The notes below the pieces were generated by a model. That model was not told the origin of the DNA. It searched no databases and worked only from the letters and a program-made list of their open reading frames with translations. A DNA stretch of 64,000 nt. Source: Nitrospiraceae bacterium (GTDB taxonomy: Bacteria; Nitrospirota; Nitrospiria; Nitrospirales; Nitrospiraceae). How positions within the stretch are numbered: the stretch's first letter is position 1; every line of letters begins with the position of its first letter. Below, one piece after another: positions 51,206 through 60,399 of this stretch. The translations under genes and the position numbers were made by a program. The stretch covers positions 128,001-192,000 of the forward strand of contig JBFWWG010000006.1 of NCBI GenBank assembly GCA_050246315.1, written 5' to 3'.

Positions 51206-51715
51206 ATCGTTCCGAAGCTGAGAGTCAATCGGGAAATTCGAATCCGCGAAGTCCGCGTCATCGGGCCTGAGGGCGAGCAACTGGGGATTCTCCCGACGGT
51301 TGACGCGTACCGGCGGGCTCAGGAGATCGGATATGACCTGGTCGAAGTCGCGCCCATGTCCCAGCCTCCCGTGTGCCGGATTATGGACTACGGGAAGTAT
51401 AAGTACGAGCTCAGCAAGAAGGAGCATCAGAGCCGGCGACACCAGAAATCCACGCAGGTCAAGGAAATCAAGCTGCGCCCAAGAACGGATAAGCATGACC
51501 TGGAGATCAAGATTCGCCAGATCCGAGGGTTCCTCGAAGAAGGTAATAAGACCAAAGTCAGCGTGAACTATCGAGGGCGCGAGATGGCGAATCAGGAGAT
51601 GGGGCGTAGCATGATGCAGAGCGTGATCGCCAATCTCACCGACTGCGGCACGGTGGAATATGCGCCCAGGATGGAAGGGCGCAGCCTCATCATGGTAGTG
51701 GCGCCGAAAAACTGA
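51206..51715 (+). CDS. infC: Translation initiation factor IF-3 (ATC start)
   Basis: GAGGT RBS, then ATC GTT CCG AAG CTG AGA GTC AAT in frame with CRIMDYGKYKY. Confidence 0.93.
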   Translation: MVPKLRVNREIRIREVRVIGPEGEQLGILPTVDAYRRAQEIGYDLVEVAPMSQPPVCRIMDYGKYKYELSKKEHQSRRHQKSTQVKEIKLRPRTDKHDLEIKIRQIRGFLEEGNKTKVSVNYRGREMANQEMGRSMMQSVIANLTDCGTVEYAPRMEGRSLIMVVAPKN

Positions 51716-51744
51716 CCAGCGAATCAGGAATACGAGGACTGAGC

Positions 51745-51948
51745 ATGGCGGGGAAAAAACTCAAGACACACAGCGGAGCGAGCAAGCGATTTAAAAAGAC
51801 GGCGTCAGGTCGCGTCTTGCACAAGCCGGCCGGGCGCCGGCACCTATTGACCGGCAGGACACGCAGCCAAAAGCGGCGGCTGAAGGGAAAGAGCGAAGTG
51901 TCTCGGACCCAAAGCGGGACGATCACCAGGCTGCTACCGAACGACTGA
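51745..51948 (+). CDS. rpmI: 50S ribosomal protein L35
   Basis: KLKTHSGASKRFK. Confidence 0.95.
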   Translation: MAGKKLKTHSGASKRFKKTASGRVLHKPAGRRHLLTGRTRSQKRRLKGKSEVSRTQSGTITRLLPND

Positions 51949-52062
51949 GCCGATCACTCGTTTCTGCGAATGACCACTGACACCTGACAGACTGGCACTA
52001 ACAATCTGGACACCATCGAGGGGCCGCTGCAACGCGATCTCGGTCTGCCAGAATCATACAAC

Positions 52063-52204
52063 CAGGATGTTCAGAAAGGCCGTTCAGCGCGGCCGCAGCG
52101 AGCGAAGAGGCGAGGCATCCTCTGTTCCGTATTATGTTGAGCCTCTGAGCGATGCGATCAGCCGCCGGACGGGTCCCCGGCTGGCGGACTCTTTCAACAT
52201 CCTG
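52063..52204. mobile_element. MITE family B copy
   Basis: CAGGATGTTCAGAAAG...CTTTCAACATCCTG followed by CTAG; similar to 62952-63075. Confidence 0.8.
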
Positions 52205-52224
52205 CTAGAAGGGAGCACATCGCC

Positions 52225-52587
52225 ATGCCACGGGTCAAAGGCGGGCCGAAAACCCGACAACGAAGAAAAAAGCGTCTCAAACTTGCAAAAGGCCAATACG
52301 GCGCCAAGAGCCGGCTTTTCCGATCAGCCACCGAATCGGTTGATAAGGGCCAGACCTATGCCTATCGGGAGCGGAAGAAGCGCAAGCGGAACTTCCGACA
52401 ACTGTGGGTCGCACGGATCAGCGCGGCCACCCGTCAGCATGGCCTGACCTACAGCCGGTTCATGAACGCGCTGAAGAAGGCCAAGGTGTTATTGGACCGG
52501 AAAGCCCTCTCCGAGCTGGCGATCAAGGACCCCAGCGGATTCGAGCAACTGGTCGTCCTCGCGCGCCAGCACGTGGCGACCGCTTGA
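52225..52587 (+). CDS. rplT: 50S ribosomal protein L20
   Basis: MPRVKGG, RKRNFRQLW, LDRKALS. Confidence 0.96.
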   Translation: MPRVKGGPKTRQRRKKRLKLAKGQYGAKSRLFRSATESVDKGQTYAYRERKKRKRNFRQLWVARISAATRQHGLTYSRFMNALKKAKVLLDRKALSELAIKDPSGFEQLVVLARQHVATA

Positions 52588-52606
52588 TCCAGTCGTAAGC
52601 GCAAGA

Positions 52607-52651
52607 GACGGCCCTGGGACGCTGCTCGAAGAGCTTGGTCCCAGGGCCGTC
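52607..52651. terminator. Hairpin between convergent rplT and pheT
   Basis: GACGGCCCTGGGAC...GTCCCAGGGCCGTC. Confidence 0.6.
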
Positions 52652-52701
52652 GTCTATTCTCACGGTTCCCTTCCTATGCCGCAGGATGACGATGTCGCGC
52701 C

Positions 52702-54462
52702 CTATTCTGGTTCCTCTTCTGTCAGGGCGGTCAGATTCAGCTCCAATCCAGCGGCAGGAACACCGATCTGCCACTGTTCCAACACCTCAGGGTGGAACTC
52801 GCCAATGAGACCGACTGCCCGATCACGGATCACGATTTCGCCCACGCGGCCGTCCATGAACGAGGGATGCGCGATCGGCTTCAATTGGTAGTCTAGTCCG
52901 AGATAGTACAGGAGCAGGTCCAGCGCCGAGTGCACCTCCGAAAACGAGACCGACTGGTGCGCCGCCAGGACGCCCAGCGCCGTGAGCGTACACGAACCGA
53001 TCGGGCGATTCTCGTCCGGCCTGGCCAACTCGCCAACCTCAAACAGCCGATGGGGATAGAAGGCTCGGTTGGAAGCCGCTTCCACCCGCAACAGAGACGG
53101 CAGCAAACTCTGTCGGAGACAGGCATAGGAGAGCGACATCACATTGTCCACTTCCACCACTCGCTCCCACTGGGTGCCGGCCAGGCGCATGCGGTCCACC
53201 AATTCCGGTCTGGAAGCCATAATATTCGACATGACCTCCTGGTACCCGAGACCGACCATGAGATCCCGCACCTGGTCCGAACGCCGCTCAATCCGAGACA
53301 AGCCGCCCACGGTAAACTGCTGCGGCATCACGGGCGTGAAGCTTCCGTAGCCCCGGCTGATGGCCACGTCTTCGACCACATCGACCGGATGCATCACATC
53401 ATTCCGATAGGGCGGGAGCTTGACCACCACGCGTGCCTGCTTCAGCTCGACCTCATAGCCGTAGGTCTGCAACGCCTTCCGAATCTCCTGCCCGCTCAGG
53501 TCCTGACCCAGCGCGGCGCCGATCGTGTCGAGGGAAATAGCCTGGGCCTTCGCGATTTCACACGGGGTGACGACCGATTTGCCGAGGGGCGTCTTGGAGC
53601 CATACCGCACCTCCACCGGTTCGATCCGCGCGCCTCGGTCCGCAAGATTGACTGCAAAGATATTCAGCGCCAGGATAACCATCTGGAGGTCCGTGCCCGT
53701 CACCTCCACGAACAGTTCCCGATCGCCGACCTGAACCTCTCCGATTTCCCGGCTGTTGATGATCGGCGGAAAACTCAAGGCCTGCCCGGCGTCGTCGCGC
53801 AACAACGGCAGCCGTTCCGCTCCGGCCAGAATTCCGCCATACTCGACGCCCTTCGGATGCACCAGCAGCATCTCGCCCAGGGTCATGGGCTGGTCCAACC
53901 CGAGCGGCGTGAAGCGCGCGTCATCCGGCTTGACCAATTCGTAATGGACCGGGAACCGGATCTTCGCGAGACGATAGATGCCGATTGAGACCGTCCGCCG
54001 TTTGCGCCCGAACATATCGGCCAGTTTTTCCTGTGTCTGAATCAGTTGAGCCAGCCCGGTCTCGGTCACCTCATAGCCGATGGCCGAACAGGCAGCAACA
54101 AAGGGGCGGACCTTCTCGATGCCCGGACCGACCAGGATACGCTGCGTCGCCTTGGCCTTCTTGGAAAAGAACGGATACGGGAGGGGCTTCCCTCCCCGCT
54201 TGATGCGGATCTGGCGGGCGATGCCTTCGCAGCACCAGAGGTCGGGACGGTTGCTGTCCTGCAGCTCGACCCGCCACTCGCCCGTGTCGGAATCCTGTCC
54301 CTTATACTCGCCCTTGACGAGCTGGAGCAGCTCCTCCAACTGTTCGGTCGAGATCCGTTCTCGTTCCCGCGCGGCCGGTCTGCGCGCAGACGCGTTCGGC
54401 CCCATCGGCATCGGATCAAGGAGCGATTCCAGATCGGTACGGTAGAGACTAATCGTCGGCAT
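52702..54462 (-). CDS. pheT: Phenylalanyl-tRNA synthetase beta subunit, archaeal/eukaryotic type
   Basis: MPTI start, NRPDLW, SFPPIINS, DVVEDVAI; only 586 aa. Confidence 0.92.
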   Translation of the reverse strand: MPTISLYRTDLESLLDPMPMGPNASARRPAARERERISTEQLEELLQLVKGEYKGQDSDTGEWRVELQDSNRPDLWCCEGIARQIRIKRGGKPLPYPFFSKKAKATQRILVGPGIEKVRPFVAACSAIGYEVTETGLAQLIQTQEKLADMFGRKRRTVSIGIYRLAKIRFPVHYELVKPDDARFTPLGLDQPMTLGEMLLVHPKGVEYGGILAGAERLPLLRDDAGQALSFPPIINSREIGEVQVGDRELFVEVTGTDLQMVILALNIFAVNLADRGARIEPVEVRYGSKTPLGKSVVTPCEIAKAQAISLDTIGAALGQDLSGQEIRKALQTYGYEVELKQARVVVKLPPYRNDVMHPVDVVEDVAISRGYGSFTPVMPQQFTVGGLSRIERRSDQVRDLMVGLGYQEVMSNIMASRPELVDRMRLAGTQWERVVEVDNVMSLSYACLRQSLLPSLLRVEAASNRAFYPHRLFEVGELARPDENRPIGSCTLTALGVLAAHQSVSFSEVHSALDLLLYYLGLDYQLKPIAHPSFMDGRVGEIVIRDRAVGLIGEFHPEVLEQWQIGVPAAGLELNLTALTEEEPE

Positions 54463-54476
54463 GGGCCCCGTGTATG

Positions 54477-56042
54477 CTAGAAGCGGCCGCGGGTCGTCCG
54501 GATCAAATCCAAATCCGCTGCAAACAAATCCCGAATATCGTGAATGCCGAGCGCCACCATCGCCATCCGGTCCAGCCCCAGGCCCCAGGCGATCACCGGC
54601 ACGTCAACACCAAGCGGAATCGTCACTTCCGGTCGGAACAGTCCCGCCCCGCCCAGCTCCATCCAGCCTAACTTAGGATGGCGCACATGCAACTCGACGG
54701 ATGGCTCCGTAAAAGGAAAATAGGCCGGCAAGAATTTGCTCTCCTTCGCCTGTGCGACTTCGCGCGCAAATAGGTGGAGCAATCCGAGCAAGGTCCGAAA
54801 ATTGATATCGTCGCCGAGCACGATCCCTTCGATCTGGAAAAAGTCCGTGGCGTGCGTGGCATCCACCTGGTCGTAGCGAAAGCAGCGGGCGATCGAAAAG
54901 TATTTGCCGGGGATCAGCGGCTTGCTCGCCAAACAATGGGCGGAGACCGCCGTGCCCTGGCTGCGGAGCACCAATCTCCTGGCGCGCGTTTCGTTGAATT
55001 CGTAGCCCCACCCGGTCGAGCCGGTCTTGCCGCCGGACCGATGCGCGGCACTCACCCGCGAGAGAAACGGCTCCTCGATCGCGGAGGCATGAGTCGGCTC
55101 CTTCACGAAATACACGTCGTGGATGTCGCGAGCCGGATGGAACTGCGGCATGTAGAGCGCGTCCATGTTCCAAAATTCTGTTTCGACCAGCGAGCCCCGC
55201 ATCTCCTGGAATCCCATGCTGACAAGCTGCATCTTCACGAGATCCAGGAACTCGCGGTAGGCGTGTCGTTTTCCGGGCGCCACCCGCGGCGGTCGCAGGC
55301 TGATCGTATACTTGCGGAACCGTTTGTTGCGCCAGGACCCATCTTTCAGCATCTCCGGCGTGAGCTGCGAGACCTCCTCGATCTCGCCGACCTGCGCCAA
55401 GGACTTGGCCGCCTCCTGACCCTCGTTGGTGAGCGCATAATCGCGTGTGACGCGCTCGTCGATGCGGAAGGGTTCCTGCGCATTGCCCCGGCGGACCGCA
55501 TACTGCTTGAGGACGGCCTGGGCCGGCTCCGCGACGGACGCAAGATCAGTCGGGCCACTCTTCACCTGCTCCAACAGTGCTCGCAGCGTATCTGCAGTTG
55601 AGCTGGACCGGCCGGTGGCCTGTACATAGCCGCCTTGGACGATCCGGATCGCGCCTTCCTTCTTGAGCGTGCCGACGACGCCGCTCATCTGCGCCGGGTC
55701 GATCTGTTCCTTCGCCTGTAACTCCTGAATGGTATAGCTCTGCCCCAGGTCACTGGCCGTTCGCAGGGTGGCCAGCGCCCGTTCGATCGGCGCGCGTCCC
55801 TGAAGGTACTGCTCGCCGATGTTGGTGAGGGACACGTGAGAGGTGAGAAGTTCGGATGCGACGCGAATCAGTTGTTTGGCGAGGAGCCATTCCACCGCCA
55901 TGCTGAGCTGCGAGGGTTCGAGCTGAGTCGTCTCCGCGAGGTCCTCCAGGGATAGGGCTCCCCGATCCGCCTCCCGAGCCAGGGCGGTGAGGACCTTGCT
56001 CTCAAGAGGATGGAGGCTGTCGATCAATCCTGAGCGGTCCAC
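54477..56042 (-). CDS. pheS: Phenylalanyl-tRNA synthetase alpha subunit, archaeal/eukaryotic type
   Basis: ~521 aa; FWNMDALYMPQFHPARD, YFPFTEPS, AWGLGLDR; GAGGT RBS before GTG 56042. Confidence 0.93.
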   Translation of the reverse strand: MDRSGLIDSLHPLESKVLTALAREADRGALSLEDLAETTQLEPSQLSMAVEWLLAKQLIRVASELLTSHVSLTNIGEQYLQGRAPIERALATLRTASDLGQSYTIQELQAKEQIDPAQMSGVVGTLKKEGAIRIVQGGYVQATGRSSSTADTLRALLEQVKSGPTDLASVAEPAQAVLKQYAVRRGNAQEPFRIDERVTRDYALTNEGQEAAKSLAQVGEIEEVSQLTPEMLKDGSWRNKRFRKYTISLRPPRVAPGKRHAYREFLDLVKMQLVSMGFQEMRGSLVETEFWNMDALYMPQFHPARDIHDVYFVKEPTHASAIEEPFLSRVSAAHRSGGKTGSTGWGYEFNETRARRLVLRSQGTAVSAHCLASKPLIPGKYFSIARCFRYDQVDATHATDFFQIEGIVLGDDINFRTLLGLLHLFAREVAQAKESKFLPAYFPFTEPSVELHVRHPKLGWMELGGAGLFRPEVTIPLGVDVPVIAWGLGLDRMAMVALGIHDIRDLFAADLDLIRTTRGRF

Positions 56043-56058
56043 GCCACCTCGACTTTCG

Positions 56059-56769
56059 TCACGCGGAGACGGCGTTCCGTCCTTGGCGAGATCCCGGTAT
56101 TGCGTGGCCTGCCTCGCGCATGGCCTTGATGGTGCCGGCGTAGTCGGTGCTGCAAAAGATGGCCGAGCCGGCCACCAGCACATCCGCGCCGGCCTCGACG
56201 ACGGAGACGGCATTGTCCACCTTCACGCCCCCGTCCACCTCCAGCAAGGCATGGCTTCCGGCTTGATCCAGCATCGCACGAACCTTCCTGATTTTTTCCA
56301 GCACGCCGGGAATAAAATGCTGGCCTCCGAAGCCGGGATTGACCGACATCACGAGGATCAGATCGACATCGGGGAGGATTTCTTCCAGCGTGAACACCGA
56401 CGTGGCGGGATTCAGCGTGACGCCGGCCTTGACCCCGCGCTCTTTAATGAATTGCACGGTGCGATGCAGGTGCGGACAGGCCTCCACATGCACGGTGAGA
56501 TAGTCGGCGCCGGCCTCGGCAAACGCGCCGATGCAGTCGTCCGGATTCGTCACCATTAAATGCACGTCGAGCGGCAGGCGCGTCACCTTGCGGATCGACT
56601 CCACGATCGGCGGTCCCACCGTGAGGTTCGGCACGAAATGACCATCCATGACATCCACGTGCAGCCAATCCGCACCGCCCTGTTCGACCCGGGCGATTTC
56701 GTCGGCCAACCGCGCGAAGTCCGCGGAAAGGATGGAAGGAGCGATCTTCAGGGCCGGGCGAGTCATCAT
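56059..56769 (-). CDS. rpe: Ribulose-phosphate 3-epimerase
   Basis: PSILSADF, HVDVMDGHFVPN, VDGG. Confidence 0.96.
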   Translation of the reverse strand: MMTRPALKIAPSILSADFARLADEIARVEQGGADWLHVDVMDGHFVPNLTVGPPIVESIRKVTRLPLDVHLMVTNPDDCIGAFAEAGADYLTVHVEACPHLHRTVQFIKERGVKAGVTLNPATSVFTLEEILPDVDLILVMSVNPGFGGQHFIPGVLEKIRKVRAMLDQAGSHALLEVDGGVKVDNAVSVVEAGADVLVAGSAIFCSTDYAGTIKAMREAGHAIPGSRQGRNAVSA

Positions 56770-58280
56770 GCGGAGCGGCGCAATCGGGCCGCGAAAAAGC
56801 CGTCCATGTTGAATGCGTTCACGGCTGAGCAGAATTCGCCGCGTGCGCTGACTAACGACTGGGCAACGGGAGGAAGCTCCGGCGCCACCGACTCTCGCAC
56901 AAACTCCGGATGCGCCTCGGAAAAGCGGTCGATCACCTGGGTGGTTTCTTCTGGCTCAGTCGAGCAGGTACTATAGACGATCACGCCGCCGGGTCGCAAG
57001 AGACGGCTGGTCCGATCCAAGAGGTCGAGCTGGGCCGAGTGTGCCTCTATAAGATTGGCAACGGTCTTCTGCCACTTCGCTTCGGGGTGCCGACGCAGCA
57101 CACCGAAGGCGCTGCAGGGCGCATCGAGCAGAATTCGATCGAACGGTTGCTGCAGGTCCGTCGTAAACTCGGCCCGAGGCTGTGTTCGCGTGGCCGGTTG
57201 ACGTGTCTGTTCATGTAATTGATCTGGGTGCGACAGCGTCGCAAGGTCATGGACGAACGACTTCACGTTGGTCGCGCCCAATCGCAGCAGGTTGTCCCTC
57301 AGAAGCCGTAATCGAGACAGGCTGCGATCCAGAGCGATGATCTCTCCTTGGTTTTGCATCAGCGCAGCCAGATGCGTCGCCTTGCCACCCGGTGCCGCGC
57401 AGGCGTCCAGGATTCGCTCTCCCGGCCTCGGGCTAGCCACGAGCGGGATCAACTGGGCCGCCTCATCCTCTACGTAGAATCCTCCTTCACGGAACAGAGG
57501 AAACTCGACGGGGCTCCCGCCTCCCTCAACGACAATTCCATCCGGGCTGACATCCGTCGGCCAGGCCACGATACCGGCCTCTTGGAAGGCAGCAAGCAGG
57601 TCGGCCCGCTGGAACCGAATCGTATTGACGCGGAGCGTCAGCGGAGGTGCTGAGGCCACCTGCCGACACAGGGTTTCGGCCTCTTCAGTGCCAAGACGCG
57701 CGATCCACCGCGCGACCAGCCAGGACGGACAGGAATAGCGGAGGCTCAACGCTTCGATGGGATCGATCTGCGGATCGGATGAAGGATCGGGCAGCGATAC
57801 ATCGGGAGCCCGCAGCAAGGCCCGAAGCACGGCATTGACGAATCCCGTCCAGTGAGGGCGGTTATGGAGGCGAGTGTCGCGAACCAACTCCACCGTCTCA
57901 TGGACAGCCGCGCGAGGCGGTATTTTGGTCAGAAGCAGGATCTGATAGGCGCCGAGCCGCAGAATCCATCGAATCGGAGGAGGCAGCCGCTCAATGGAAC
58001 GATCGGCCACCTGATTGACCCGCCAATCGAGCAGGCTCCGCTGCCGCAACACACCATAAACCAGTTCCAGCACCAGGGCCCGGTCCCGCTGATCCAACGA
58101 CGCGGCGGCGCTCGCGCGATCGAGTTCGTCCTCGGCATGAAGTCGCCGATCCTCCACCGCGCCGAGCACGTCCAGCGCCACTGCCCTGGCGCCCTTGCGC
58201 CGGAGTCTCTCTGTCACGATTCGTTCAGAACGCTTCACGAGCGGCACTTCACGATGCGCCTTGGTGGATGGGTTCATCAT
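56766..58280 (-). CDS. rsmB: 16S rRNA m5C967 methyltransferase
   Basis: NusB-like N-terminus, DACAAPGGK, DAPCS, YSTCS. Confidence 0.93.
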   Translation of the reverse strand: MMNPSTKAHREVPLVKRSERIVTERLRRKGARAVALDVLGAVEDRRLHAEDELDRASAAASLDQRDRALVLELVYGVLRQRSLLDWRVNQVADRSIERLPPPIRWILRLGAYQILLLTKIPPRAAVHETVELVRDTRLHNRPHWTGFVNAVLRALLRAPDVSLPDPSSDPQIDPIEALSLRYSCPSWLVARWIARLGTEEAETLCRQVASAPPLTLRVNTIRFQRADLLAAFQEAGIVAWPTDVSPDGIVVEGGGSPVEFPLFREGGFYVEDEAAQLIPLVASPRPGERILDACAAPGGKATHLAALMQNQGEIIALDRSLSRLRLLRDNLLRLGATNVKSFVHDLATLSHPDQLHEQTRQPATRTQPRAEFTTDLQQPFDRILLDAPCSAFGVLRRHPEAKWQKTVANLIEAHSAQLDLLDRTSRLLRPGGVIVYSTCSTEPEETTQVIDRFSEAHPEFVRESVAPELPPVAQSLVSARGEFCSAVNAFNMDGFFAARLRRSA

Positions 58281-59239
58281 TCTGCTGCCGGAAGAGAACC
58301 CAGCACCAGGCCGGGAGTAATCGCATGACCGGCCAAATACTGAGCGACAGTCATGCGCCGGCCCCCGGCCGGCTGGAGGGCTGTGATGGCAAGCATGCCC
58401 TGTCCCGTGGCCACCAGCAATTGGCCCTTTTCCACCTTGATGATGGTACCGGGCTGGCCGGAAGAGTCGGCCGTCTCTGAGGCATGGGCATCCCAGATAT
58501 TCCATCGCTCCACATGATCATGATGCTGGACAAAGGCGTAGGCGCCGGGCCAGGGGGTCAACCCACGCACGCGATTGGACAGGGCTGAGGCACTGAGGTT
58601 CCAGTCGATCAACCCATGTTCCTTTTTGAGGATCGGAGCCAGCGTGGCCTGACTGTGGTCTTGGACAATTGGATGCAGATGCCCGGCTTTAAGTTGCCGC
58701 AGGGTTTCGATCAGCAGCCTGGCTCCCACTTGCGCAAGCTTGACCCCGACCGAGCCGCCCGTATCGTCCGGCTCGATTGGAATGGCTTCCCGTAACAGCA
58801 TCGCGCCGGTATCCATGCCCTCGTCCATCAACATGGTCGTGATGCCGGTCTCCCGCTCTCCGTTGATGACGGCCCATTGAATTGGAGCAGCACCACGATA
58901 CTTGGGCAACAGAGACCCGTGGACGTTGATGCAGCCCCGAGGCGGCAATGACAAAATAGACGGAGGAAGGATTCGCCCGAATGCCGCCACAGCTATGACG
59001 TCCGGCTGCCAGGCTTGGAGCGCAGAGAGAAAGCCGGGGTCTTTCATTTTGGTCGGTTGCAGGACAGGAATCCCCGACCGCGTGGCCAGTTGTTTGACGG
59101 GCGGGGCCGTTAATTCCTGGCCCCGTCCCTTCGGCCGGTCGGGTTGCGTGACGACGCCGACCACCTGATCCTCCGAGCGCAGCAGCGCCTCCAGGGAAGG
59201 GACCGCAAACTCCGGTGTGCCCATGAAGATGATCCGCAT
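58277..59239 (-). CDS. fmt: Methionyl-tRNA formyltransferase
   Basis: FMGTPEFA, NVHGSLLPKYRGAAP. Confidence 0.97.
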   Translation of the reverse strand: MRIIFMGTPEFAVPSLEALLRSEDQVVGVVTQPDRPKGRGQELTAPPVKQLATRSGIPVLQPTKMKDPGFLSALQAWQPDVIAVAAFGRILPPSILSLPPRGCINVHGSLLPKYRGAAPIQWAVINGERETGITTMLMDEGMDTGAMLLREAIPIEPDDTGGSVGVKLAQVGARLLIETLRQLKAGHLHPIVQDHSQATLAPILKKEHGLIDWNLSASALSNRVRGLTPWPGAYAFVQHHDHVERWNIWDAHASETADSSGQPGTIIKVEKGQLLVATGQGMLAITALQPAGGRRMTVAQYLAGHAITPGLVLGSLPAAE

Positions 59240-59327
59240 GAATGCGTGTTACCATTCTTCACCGATGCGGCGCAACTTTCCTGCGCGACATCTTGTATTC
59301 GGTCAAACCGTTCTGTTAGCATCCGCC

Positions 59328-59707
59328 TGCGGGGTGGAGCAGCTTGGTAGCTCGTTGGGCTCATTCCGCAGGATCTCCATGAGCACGACCCCCATGGGTC
59401 ATGGTTCCGCCGCTTATCGGAACGCATGGCATCTGATCCTGCAAAGGGCTGCGCAGGGGGAAACCTCTGCGAGATCACCTGTCAAAGTCGGGGAAGCCGT
59501 TGGCGGGGTAACCCCGAGCCAAGCTCAAGTGGCCATACCGGTCCTTGAGAAGGTGTAGAGACTTGATGGCAGGCACCCTCCCGGTGGCGCGAGCCAGCCG
59601 AGGGTGAAGGGAAAGTCCAGACCACGAACTGGTCCAACCAGGCAGCGAAAGCTGTAGCGGTACGCATAACCCAAAGGTCGAAGGTTCAAATCCTTCCCCC
59701 GCAACCA
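59328..59707 (+). tRNA. Initiator tRNA-fMet(CAU), split: exons 59328-59361 and 59665-59707
   Basis: Spliced 77-nt cloverleaf; three G-C pairs closing anticodon stem (TTGGG/CCCAA); CCA end. Confidence 0.93.
59362..59664 (+). ncRNA. Group I self-splicing intron (IC3-like), 303 nt, no ORF
   Basis: P3 CCTGTCA/TGGCAGG, P7 GACTT/AAGTC, GAAGGTGTAGAGACT, P9 GAAA tetraloop, terminal G, U.G pair at 5' splice site. Confidence 0.9.
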
Positions 59708-59723
59708 ATTTGATTCCGCAGTG

Positions 59724-59767
59724 AGCAAACGGGCTATCTGGTGACGCCAGATAGCCCGTTTGCTTTT
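59724..59767 (+). terminator. Intrinsic terminator
   Basis: AGCAAACGGGCTATCTGG-TGACG-CCAGATAGCCCGTTTGCT + T run. Confidence 0.85.
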
Positions 59768-60060
59768 GGATTCTCAGTTGGCCGCCCACTTATCGATGCC
59801 TGAGTAGGAGCAATGTGTGATTGCAAGACCTGACCCCGTTTCCCGCGCCGTTTCCCGCGTTTCGTGATGCGTTGGTGTCGATGTGATGCATGAGGTCATG
59901 CTGTCGGCCACCGCCCCTGCAGCCTCGCATCTCACGCGTCATCGCTGCGCCGTCCGTTACTTCCACACTGCAACCAAACGGCTCTCGTAGGCCGCTGTCC
60001 GCCAAAAGCACCTCGGCTGAAAAGTTGAATGTCCCCTTTTTGCTTTCCTGATCTTGTCCG

Positions 60061-60339
60061 CTATTCTCCGTGCGCGATGACGCACTCGCGTCCCACCCCT
60101 TGAACCGTGTTCACTTGATACTCGACACTCCGAAGCTGGGTGATCCCGCCCTGGCGCATCGCCTTTCTCCCGGTCACGTCCGCCATGCCACCCACTCCGA
60201 ACACCTGATGCCGACAGTCCTGACCTTGTTTCGCATCGGCGATCAACGGATTGGTGTATCGTAATGGCCGGGTCTGAGACTCGCAGGCTGCAGTGCTGAC
60301 GAGCAGTACCATCAAGATCAACATTCGTCCGCTGCTCAT
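60061..60339 (-). CDS. TRL-like small lipoprotein
   Basis: Lipobox TAAC; KQGQDC...AMRQGGIT..SVEY...CVIAHGE. Confidence 0.7.
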   Translation of the reverse strand: MSSGRMLILMVLLVSTAACESQTRPLRYTNPLIADAKQGQDCRHQVFGVGGMADVTGRKAMRQGGITQLRSVEYQVNTVQGVGRECVIAHGE

Positions 60340-60399
60340 GGTCACCTCTCCTTCTCGTCGCGATGAGACAACGTCCTGTGACGCCACGAGGAGTCTTTC

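Noticed and set aside
59362..59789. Homing endonuclease in the intron (ORFs 59475-59789, 59482-59667, 59525-59728)
   Set aside because: Short, antisense, overlap the ribozyme core and tRNA; no endonuclease motifs.
59846..59872. Tandem CCGTTTCCCGCG x2
   Set aside because: Two copies only, with no functional context.
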